NCBI GenBank assembly: GCA_963744995.1
Contig: CAVUWA010000009.1
Span: 480,001 to 544,000 of the forward strand
Direction of reading: 5' to 3'
Length of the DNA stretch: 64,000 nucleotides
Source of the DNA: Candidatus Eiseniibacteriota bacterium
GTDB lineage: Bacteria > Eisenbacteria > RBG-16-71-46
Position 1 is the first letter of the stretch. Each line of letters begins with the position of its first letter. Position numbers and translations under genes: made by a program. Below the pieces are notes generated by a model. It did no database searches and was not told where the DNA came from. It was given only the letters and a program-made list of their open reading frames with translations. Below, piece after piece: positions 56,530-64,000 of this stretch.

Positions 56530-58848
56530 ATGCCACTGCCCCTCGGCACCCGGCTCGGCTCCTACGAGATCCTGTCGCGCCTCGGCGCGGGCGGAATGGG
56601 GGAGGTCTACCGCGCGCGGGATCATCACCTCGGGCGCGAGATCGCCCTCAAGGTCCTGCCCGCGGGCATGAGTGCCAACGCCGAGCGGCTGGCCCGCTTC
56701 GAACGTGAAGCCAGGGCGGTGGCCTCGCTCAACCACGCCAACATCGTCACGCTGCACTCCCTCGAAGAGCAGGACGGCGTCCGCTTCATCACCATGGAGC
56801 TGGTCGAGGGTTCGAGCCTGGATGGGGTGCTCGTCCCCGGGGGACTGCCGCCGCTGCGCGTCATCGAGCTGGGCATCGCACTGGCTGACGCCCTGGTCGC
56901 GGCGCATGAAAAGGGAGTCGTCCATCGCGACCTGAAACCCGCGAACGTGATGCTGGCCAGGGACGGGCGGGTGAAGGTGCTCGACTTCGGCCTGGCGAAG
57001 CTGGCGGCGCCGGACCAGGGGCATGAGCCGACGCAGGCGCCGACGCTCCCGACGCCGTTGTCCGCCGAGGGTCTGGTCGTGGGAACCGTGCCCTACATGG
57101 CGCCCGAGCAGTTGCGCGGCGAGGCCGTCGACGCACGCACGGACGTGTTCGCGCTCGGCGTCGTCCTCTACGAACTGGCGTCGGGAAGAAGACCGTTCAC
57201 CGGCCCCACGCACGCCGAGATCACTTCGGCCATTCTGCGCGACGCGCCCGCTCCGCTGGGGACGCTGCGCGCCGATCTCCCCGCCGAGTTGCAGCACATT
57301 GTGAGCCGGTGCCTGGAAAAGCAGCCTTCGCAACGGGTTCAGACGGCTCGCGACGTCGCGAACGAGCTGCGGGCGCTGCACAGGGCGCTGCAGCCGTCCG
57401 AGTCGCCGTCGCCGGTCCGGCCCGTGTCGGACCGGCCGGCCACCATCGCGGTGCTGCCGCTCGAGATCCTCTCCGGGGACCCCGGGCAGGAGTACCTGGC
57501 GGACGGAATGACCGAGGCGCTGATCTCGACCCTCGGCCGCGTCCGATCTCTGCGCGTCATTTCGCGGACTTCGGTGATGACCTACAAGGGAATCCGAAAA
57601 CCCGCACCGACGATCGCGCGCGAGCTGAACGCGGACACCATCGTCGAGGGAACGCTGTTGTCGGTCGGTGACGACCTGCGGATCACCGTCCAGATGATCG
57701 CCGCCCGGGACGACGTGCTGCTCTGGTCACAGAGTTTCGATCGGGAGCTGCGCAACGTCCTGAGCCTGCAGACCGAGGTGGCCCGTGCGATCGCCGCGGC
57801 GGTCGAGGCCCGGCTGACACAAAGCGAAGAAGCGCAGCTGGGAAGTCAGCGCGAAGTGGCGCCGGAAGTTTACCGACTGGAGATGCTGGGCCGGCACGCG
57901 CTGGCGCAGCGCGTCATCACCAGCCTGCGGCTCGCCGTCAAGCACTTCGAAGAAGCGTCCACGCTCGACCCCAGCTACGCGCCGGCCTTCGCCGGCCTGG
58001 CCGAGGCGCGGCTGCTGCTGTCGAACTACGGGGTCGAGGCTCCGGCAGCCACGCACCAGGCGGCTCGCGACGCCGCGGAACGCGCCATCGCGCTCGACCC
58101 GGCGAACGCCGAGGCCTACGTCTCCCTCGCCATCCTCCTGTGGCAGTACGAATGGTCGTGGGAGGAAGCCGACAGGACGATCCGCCGGGCCATCGAGCTG
58201 AATCCGAATTCCGCGAACGCCCGCCACTGGCACTCGGCGATTCTCAGCACGGCGCTTCACCGGCACGACGAAGCGCTGGAGGAGAACCGGATCGCCCGGA
58301 CCCTCGACCCTCTGTCGCACATTCTCATCACGTTCGAGGGCTGGGTGCGCGTCTTCGAGGACCGCTGCGATCTGGCGATCGAACCCTTGCAGAGGACGCT
58401 CGAGCTCGCGCCGACCTTCGTTCCGGCGTTGCTGTTCCTCGGACTGGCCCTCGCCAGGCTCGGGCGCGCCGACGAGGGCGTGGGGCACCTCGAGCGGGCG
58501 GTGGAGTCCTCGGGGCGGCTGGCGCGCGCGCTCGCGTATCTGAGTTTCGTCTGCGGTCGCGCCGGGCAGGAGGGGAAGGCGCGCCGGGCGCTCGACGAGC
58601 TCGAGGAACGCTCCCTGGGGAACTACGTCCCGCCGTACTTCCTGGCGATCGCCAACAGCGCATGCGGCCGGATGGACAGGGCCGTGGAATGGCTGGAGCG
58701 CGGGTTCGCCGAGCGCGACGTCATGATGCGCGACCTCGGCGTCGACGTGGCCTGCCAGGCGTTACGAGAGGATGCACGCGGCCTCGACGTCGCACGCCGC
58801 ATGGGCCTGGTGCGGACCCAGCCCGACGGAGGTCGCTCGGGCCACTGA
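56530..58848 (+). CDS. Hanks-type Ser/Thr protein kinase with TolB-like and TPR domains
   Basis: GAGGMGEVY, HRDLKPAN, DFG, YMAPE; TIAVLPL...EYLADGMTEALI; TPR repeats; paralogue of 13620-15956. Confidence 0.95.
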   Translation: MPLPLGTRLGSYEILSRLGAGGMGEVYRARDHHLGREIALKVLPAGMSANAERLARFEREARAVASLNHANIVTLHSLEEQDGVRFITMELVEGSSLDGVLVPGGLPPLRVIELGIALADALVAAHEKGVVHRDLKPANVMLARDGRVKVLDFGLAKLAAPDQGHEPTQAPTLPTPLSAEGLVVGTVPYMAPEQLRGEAVDARTDVFALGVVLYELASGRRPFTGPTHAEITSAILRDAPAPLGTLRADLPAELQHIVSRCLEKQPSQRVQTARDVANELRALHRALQPSESPSPVRPVSDRPATIAVLPLEILSGDPGQEYLADGMTEALISTLGRVRSLRVISRTSVMTYKGIRKPAPTIARELNADTIVEGTLLSVGDDLRITVQMIAARDDVLLWSQSFDRELRNVLSLQTEVARAIAAAVEARLTQSEEAQLGSQREVAPEVYRLEMLGRHALAQRVITSLRLAVKHFEEASTLDPSYAPAFAGLAEARLLLSNYGVEAPAATHQAARDAAERAIALDPANAEAYVSLAILLWQYEWSWEEADRTIRRAIELNPNSANARHWHSAILSTALHRHDEALEENRIARTLDPLSHILITFEGWVRVFEDRCDLAIEPLQRTLELAPTFVPALLFLGLALARLGRADEGVGHLERAVESSGRLARALAYLSFVCGRAGQEGKARRALDELEERSLGNYVPPYFLAIANSACGRMDRAVEWLERGFAERDVMMRDLGVDVACQALREDARGLDVARRMGLVRTQPDGGRSGH

Positions 58849-59138
58849 CCCGTGCGCGCCCGGTGAGCGGTGCGTGCCGTGCCTCGACCCCATCCGCTAT
58901 CCATGCGCCTTCGAGCGATAGTGGTTCGTAGCGCCGCACGCCAACAGAGCCGAGCCGGTCGTCCTGACCGGGGTCCCGCCTGCTTCGCCCTTTGTTTTGC
59001 CACGTCAGGACAACCTCCACCGCCCGCCGGTCTTTGATGCAGCTCGGTGCGTCTCCGCTGGAATGCAGCGCTCGGACGGGTTTCGGCCGAACCGCAGCGC
59101 ACGGGAGTTTCCACGTTCTCCGGAAAGGACGGGTTCGG

Positions 59139-59450
59139 ATGCGCTTCATGATTCAGTTCTCGATTCCCACGCAGTACGGCAATGAGATCGTGCGCTCGGG
59201 GAAGATCGGGAAGGTCATCAAGAAGGTGGGGGAAGAGTTCAAGCCCGAGGCGATGTACTTCTATCCTGCCGACGGGCTGCGCGCCGGATGCCTGTTCATT
59301 CAGTCCGACAATCCGGCGATCTGCACCGCCATCGGTGAGCGCCTGTGGTTCGGACTGCAGGCCCACATCACGATCACGCCGGTCATGAACCCCGACGATC
59401 TCAATAAGGGCCTGTCGGACATGCCCACGGTCCTCGAGAACTACGCCTGA
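59139..59450 (+). CDS. DUF3303/GYD-like small protein
   Basis: AAAGGA RBS; MRFMIQFSIP..GN, KPEAMYF..DGLR, TPVMNPDDL pattern. Confidence 0.7.
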   Translation: MRFMIQFSIPTQYGNEIVRSGKIGKVIKKVGEEFKPEAMYFYPADGLRAGCLFIQSDNPAICTAIGERLWFGLQAHITITPVMNPDDLNKGLSDMPTVLENYA

Positions 59451-59779
59451 CCGTTCGTCGCACCGGCCCGCGCATCGTGTGGACCCGTTCCATCCGGTGC
59501 GGCGGGTCGGTCCGCGTTGCAGCGGGCAGCGTTCCGCCGGATCCGACGGCTGGACGTGGGTGTGCCAGCCGGGACGAGAAATCGGCGGCACGGGTTCGGG
59601 AGCCGTGCGGCCGGGCGCCCGGCCCCGGGCCACTCGCGCTCCCCGACGGCAGTGCGCACCCTCAGGACTGCCTCGAGTTCGATCCGGCCGGACAACGGAT
59701 GAAGCCCATATCGGACGCGTTCGATTCGACGTATGCTGCGGCGCGGAAGGAGCGGGGTCGGCTCAGGAGGACGACGCTC

Positions 59780-60244
59780 ATGGAGTTCAGGAGTCGAGCG
59801 GTACGTAGCCTCGTGGAACTGCACGAGCGCGAGATGAATGCATTCCTTCAGACATGGGACCGCTTCGTCGCGGCGGACGCTCCCATGCCCGAAGCCCACG
59901 GGGATGACAGTTACAGGAGCCGGGATCACCTGCTCGGACACCTGCTGATGGCGGCGCGGGGCTACCTGACGAGAATCGGCGAGTGGGTGGGAAGGCCCGT
60001 GGAGGATGTCGACGACGCCACCGACCCCGTCGAAATCGCCGGCCGGGCAAGGCCGTTCGCCGAGGAAGTGCTGAGCGCCTACCGGCGGCATCTGGCACAG
60101 ATCTCCACCGAGGAGCTCGAGCCGCAGACCCACCGCGCGCGCTGGGGAGACCTCATGAGCGTGGAGATGCTGCTCGAGCACGCCGTCGTCCATCCCATGC
60201 GGCATCGCATTCAGCTCGAACGAATCCTGGAGCAGACCGGCTGA
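59780..60244 (+). CDS. DinB family protein
   Basis: AGGAGG RBS; HLLGHLL and EHAVVHPMRHRIQL His triad. Confidence 0.8.
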   Translation: MEFRSRAVRSLVELHEREMNAFLQTWDRFVAADAPMPEAHGDDSYRSRDHLLGHLLMAARGYLTRIGEWVGRPVEDVDDATDPVEIAGRARPFAEEVLSAYRRHLAQISTEELEPQTHRARWGDLMSVEMLLEHAVVHPMRHRIQLERILEQTG

Positions 60245-60307
60245 TCCCGTGAGGTCGGGCCGCGGCGGTGTGGCCGCATCACAAGTGCGTTGCAGGCATC
60301 TTTCGTT

Positions 60308-60420
60308 GCAGAGCCGATCGGCGGCCTCGTCGGCCCCGAGGCGATGCAGTTCGAAGGCTGGCGGCGTTTGCATGCCGAGTATGCGAAGCAGTTCGGCGTG
60401 GAAGCCCCGCCCGGCAGTCC
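60308..60420 (+). pseudogene. C-terminal remnant of an SRPBCC/AHSA1-like protein
   Basis: AEPIGGLVGPEAMQFEGWRRLHAEYAKQFGVE resembles SRPBCC C-termini (recalled, not searched); the N-terminal part is missing. Confidence 0.5.
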
Positions 60421-60449
60421 ACCGTCCTGTCATCGGAGGGAACCAACAG

Positions 60450-60875
60450 ATGAAGCCAGGTCCTCAGCCGGAAGCCGCCTCCGCACGGATCGACGCGAAA
60501 ATCAGGGAGCTGGGTGACTGGCGCGGCAAGACGCTCGCGGAGGTGCGCAAGATCGTTCACGCGGCCGACCCCGGGATCGTCGAGGAGTGGAAGTGGGCGA
60601 AAGCCACGAGCCCCGGAACTCCGGTCTGGTCCCATGGCGGCATCGTCTGCACGGGCGAGACGTACAAGAGCGTCGTCAAAATGACGTTTGCAAGGGGGGC
60701 CGCGCTGCAGGATCCCTCGGGTCTGTTCAACGCCAGCCTCGACGGCAAGGTCAGGCGCGCGATCGACATCCACGAGGGCGAAAAGATCAATGAGGCGGCC
60801 CTGAAAGCGCTCATCCGCGCCGCGGTGGCGCTGAACCTCGAGGGCGGGACCACCCCGAAACCGCGAAAGAAATAG
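60450..60875 (+). CDS. DUF1801 (YdhG-like) domain protein
   Basis: GGAGGG RBS; IDAKIRELGDWRG, EEWKW, TPVWSHGG, FARGAAL.DPSGLFNASLDG..RRAIDI. Confidence 0.9.
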   Translation: MKPGPQPEAASARIDAKIRELGDWRGKTLAEVRKIVHAADPGIVEEWKWAKATSPGTPVWSHGGIVCTGETYKSVVKMTFARGAALQDPSGLFNASLDGKVRRAIDIHEGEKINEAALKALIRAAVALNLEGGTTPKPRKK

Positions 60876-61124
60876 CGGCGGGCCGGACCAGGCGTCGACG
60901 CCGTGTGCGCGGCAGCATCACGGCGCGGGGCATGCATCCGCCCGGACTCATTCGACGGAACCGCCCGCCGTCATGTCCATCAGGGTACCCTGAGCCGGGC
61001 CGACGGCGCGCGGCCGTGACCGGGGAGCACGCCGGCCCGGCCCGAACCGCTGAGGCTGAGGCCCGGCCTCGACCGCCGCCCCTCGACCTCGATGCTCCGA
61101 AAGCGGGGCCGCCGGTACCGCAGG

Positions 61125-64000
61125 CTACGGCACGCAGACCACCCGCCGGGTGAGCGACTTCCGGGTGCCGGTGAGCCGGATGGTGTAGACGCCCGCCGGC
61201 ACACGACCGCCGCGGTCCATGCGACCGTCCCAGGCCAGCGTGTAGCGTCCGGCCTCGACGGACCCCGCCACGAGCGTCCGTACGCGTCTGCCCGAGACGT
61301 CGAACACCGACAGCTCCACCCGGCCCGCGACAGCGGGCACTTCGAACGACAGCGCCAGCGTGCGGCTGAACGGGTTGGGCGTGGTGGACGTCAGCGCCAG
61401 CGCCGCCGGCGGCGCCAGCCGGTCGGCGTCCACGGTCAGGCCGGTGCTGGCCGGATCGCTCTCGTTGCCGTTGGCATCCACCGCCGTCAGTTTGTAGACG
61501 GCGCCCGCCGGCGGCGAGGCGTCGTTCCACGACAGCGCCGTGGTCGCGTGAACCAGACTGCCCGCGTCCGGCTCGAAATCCTGCGTCACGCCCCTGTAGA
61601 TGCGGAAGTACTGGAAATCCGGCGCACCGCTCGCCTGCCAGCTCAGGTCGATGCTTCCGCCGCTGGCGTTCGCGACGAGGCCCTGCGGGACCCCCGGCGC
61701 CAGGTTGTCGATCGAGTAGCCGCTGTCCACGGGCGAGTCGAAAAACGTGAAGGGATCGCCGGTCACCGAACGCACGAAGAACACGCTCCAGCACAGCGCG
61801 GTCGCATTGGAGTCGCACAGCGTGGCCACGGTGGTCTGATAGGCGCTGTCGCCGTGCGCGGGCGTATAGAACACGGCGTCCCAGTCGCCGGGCGGCAGGC
61901 CGAACATCTTCGGGTTCTCGCGGCGGATGCCCGCCTCCGTCTGCGCCCTCGCGGACTGTCCGGCATCGACGCGGCGGTACAGCGAGTAGCCCGTGATCGT
62001 CGGGCTCCCGCCAGGCACGTCGCGCGTGTCGCTGCGCCAGCGTACCCGCACGTCGCGACCCTGATCGCCGGGCACGTCCTTCACGTAACGGATGTACGCG
62101 GCCTCGAAGCCCTCGTCGATCAGCCCGTCGCAGTCGTCGTCGAGCAGGTTGAGCGACTCGGCCGCGCCGGGGTGGATGGCGGGATTCGTATCGTCGCAGT
62201 CGAGGTCGTTCGAGACGTAGCCGGGCTCGCACGTCGGGACCGCGTCACCCGCATCGCCGAAACCGTCGCCGTCGGCGTCGCGGAAGGCCACCGCGACGTC
62301 GTCGATGAGGCTGTTGCAGTCGTTGTCCACGCCGTCGCACAGCTCTACGGCGCCGGGATGAATGGTGGCATCGCCGTCATCGCAGTCGTCGGCGAACGCC
62401 ACGTAGCCCGGCGGCGGCGTGCCGCAGTACTCGACCGGCGTGCCCGCTACATCGCCGTAGCCGTCGCCGTCGAGATCCGGGTAGGCCAGATCCGGGACCA
62501 CGCCTTCGTCGATGAGCCCGTCGCAGTCGTTGTCGATCCCGTCGCAGAGCTCGGGGGCGTCGGGATAGATCGTGGGGTCCGAGTCGTCGCAGTCGGCTCC
62601 ACCGCACGCCGCCGCGGCGAACCCGTCGCCGTCCGCGTCGGCGCAGTTGGCCACGACCACGACGTCGTCCAGGTTCCAGCCGCTCACCACGTCGCTCAGC
62701 GCGCCCAGGTTTTCCGATCCGAACCGCACGCTGAAGTTCGCGTTCCGGTACGCCGTCACATCGAGCGAGTAGGGCGTCCAGAACGCGTCGGCGACCGGCG
62801 TGACCGCCGGGTTCTCCCACAGCAGGATCCAGGTCGCGCCGTTGAACACCTCGACCTGCGTCCTCATGAGGCCCCCGTCGGCCGTGTTGAGCCAGCGCTG
62901 AAATGCGAGATCGACACGCCCCGGGGCGCCGCTCAGGTCGATCGACGGACTGGTGAGGTAATACGGGCCGTGACCCGCGGCCGTCACGTTGCCGCCAATC
63001 ACGGTGCCCGCGATGCCGTTGTCGCCCGTCGGCGTGACGTCGGTGGCGGGATCGGGGTTGCCGATGGTCTCGCCGCTGCTCGCCGCCGCCGGACCGATCT
63101 GCCACTCCGCGTCCAGCGTCCAGCCCTGACTGTTGTCCGCGAAGGGCTCGACGAACAGGCTCTCGGGCAGCGGGACCGTCTGCGCCGTCGGGTCCAGCTC
63201 GAGCCGGAGCCCCACGAACGCGTAGCCGACGACCGTTGCCGGGGGGTTCGGCGCAGTGGAGAGATCGACGTACCCGAACCTGACCGTGTTCCCCACGACG
63301 GTATCGGGAACCACGAGAGTCGTATTCTGAATCATCGCATTTCCCGCGTCGTCATAGATCCAGGCGAATGTCACGGGGTCCGTGCCGGATCGGCGCCGCA
63401 GCAGACTGTCCGGCCACGCCATGTTGGAGATCCTGGCCGTCCACGGCTGGAGCGTGATGGGGTCGGCCAGCCCCGAGCCCTGATCCAGATCGAGCGCGTA
63501 GAAGTCCACCTGATCGACGCCGTTTCCCATGTCCGTCGTGAAGGTGGCGGCATAGGGGTTCTCCATGTCGTCGATCGGACCCGGAAAGGAGGGAAACGCG
63601 AGGTTGAACTCGTCGATCACCACGGACGCGCTAGACTCCGCCCCGCCGGGCGAACGAATCTCGAACGTCGCGCTGCTCAGGTGCCCCGGCTGCGGATCGG
63701 GCGGATCGGGCACAGTGGTCCCGGCCAGGGCTCCGATCAACTGGGCGATCTGGTCCGGGCTCTGATACCCGACGGTGATCGCCTGAATCACGCCGGCCGG
63801 ATCGATCACCACGCCGCTCGGAACGGCATCGAAGCCGGCGGCCACGAACCATCCGGACACCGGCCCGCTCGAAGAGCCGGCGTCATGCAGAACGGGCACC
63901 GTCGTGAGGTTGAACTGCGTTGCCCAGGCCATGGCCGTCGAGAGGCCGGACGGGCCTCCGCTCGCGGACTGGAACAGCGCGTCCACGTACTGGAACGGTG
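61125..64000 (-). CDS. Large secreted protein (5'-partial): redoxin-like fragment, beta-sandwich, MopE-related repeats, FlgD-like C-terminus
   Basis: Frame open to the window end; PSGVVIDPAG redoxin-like segment; GWNLDDV; three DxDGDG..DCDD..IxPxA.E..D.DC repeats; terminal PNPF...FDVSGRRVRTLV...WDGR.DRG..VPAGVY. Confidence 0.85.
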   Translation of the reverse strand, partial: PFQYVDALFQSASGGPSGLSTAMAWATQFNLTTVPVLHDAGSSSGPVSGWFVAAGFDAVPSGVVIDPAGVIQAITVGYQSPDQIAQLIGALAGTTVPDPPDPQPGHLSSATFEIRSPGGAESSASVVIDEFNLAFPSFPGPIDDMENPYAATFTTDMGNGVDQVDFYALDLDQGSGLADPITLQPWTARISNMAWPDSLLRRRSGTDPVTFAWIYDDAGNAMIQNTTLVVPDTVVGNTVRFGYVDLSTAPNPPATVVGYAFVGLRLELDPTAQTVPLPESLFVEPFADNSQGWTLDAEWQIGPAAASSGETIGNPDPATDVTPTGDNGIAGTVIGGNVTAAGHGPYYLTSPSIDLSGAPGRVDLAFQRWLNTADGGLMRTQVEVFNGATWILLWENPAVTPVADAFWTPYSLDVTAYRNANFSVRFGSENLGALSDVVSGWNLDDVVVVANCADADGDGFAAAACGGADCDDSDPTIYPDAPELCDGIDNDCDGLIDEGVVPDLAYPDLDGDGYGDVAGTPVEYCGTPPPGYVAFADDCDDGDATIHPGAVELCDGVDNDCNSLIDDVAVAFRDADGDGFGDAGDAVPTCEPGYVSNDLDCDDTNPAIHPGAAESLNLLDDDCDGLIDEGFEAAYIRYVKDVPGDQGRDVRVRWRSDTRDVPGGSPTITGYSLYRRVDAGQSARAQTEAGIRRENPKMFGLPPGDWDAVFYTPAHGDSAYQTTVATLCDSNATALCWSVFFVRSVTGDPFTFFDSPVDSGYSIDNLAPGVPQGLVANASGGSIDLSWQASGAPDFQYFRIYRGVTQDFEPDAGSLVHATTALSWNDASPPAGAVYKLTAVDANGNESDPASTGLTVDADRLAPPAALALTSTTPNPFSRTLALSFEVPAVAGRVELSVFDVSGRRVRTLVAGSVEAGRYTLAWDGRMDRGGRVPAGVYTIRLTGTRKSLTRRVVCVP
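62110..62648 (-). repeat. Three MopE-related (putative metal-binding motif) coding repeats
   Basis: DADGDGF...DCDDSDPTIYPDAPELCDGIDNDCDGLIDEG and two similar copies; boundaries approximate. Confidence 0.8.

Noticed and set aside
62110..62648. CRISPR-like or non-coding tandem repeats
   Set aside because: The repeats are degenerate in-frame protein repeats, not identical DNA repeats with unique spacers; no cas genes are seen.

Overview
High-GC bacterial chromosomal window with about 50 CDS. I found no rRNA, tRNA, CRISPR array or transposase. The gene content resembles Candidatus Eisenbacteria or a related FCB-group lineage (inference): several secreted proteins end in an FlgD-Ig/T9SS-like C-terminal domain, one ends in a 'SWGxLKxLYR' tail, and Ser/Thr kinase-TolB-like-TPR paralogues are expanded. 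Ordinary cargo includes an NTT-type translocase, an RND efflux pair, pirin, c-type cytochromes, a methionine/cystathionine gamma-lyase, proline dehydrogenase, GH16, an M28 peptidase, a dynamin-like GTPase, ferritin and PuuE. The two standout observations are (1) a ~1190-aa fusion of a class I/II PLP aminotransferase to an archaeal-type (PpcA-like) PEP carboxylase (23393-26968, minus), a candidate single-chain PEP+HCO3- -> oxaloacetate -> aspartate enzyme, and (2) a lone contractile tail-sheath protein rebuilt as a secreted protein (signal peptide plus FlgD-like tail, 35400-36857) with no other injection-system genes nearby. Also noted: a DUF2946/CruR-like Cys + RPPP leader ORF before Met-rich and SHOCT genes, a symmetric bidirectional promoter, recurrent leaderless promoters and short coupled uORFs, a 130-bp MITE-like element, and several deletion-scarred gene remnants. 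All family calls come from motif recognition by eye, not from database searches.
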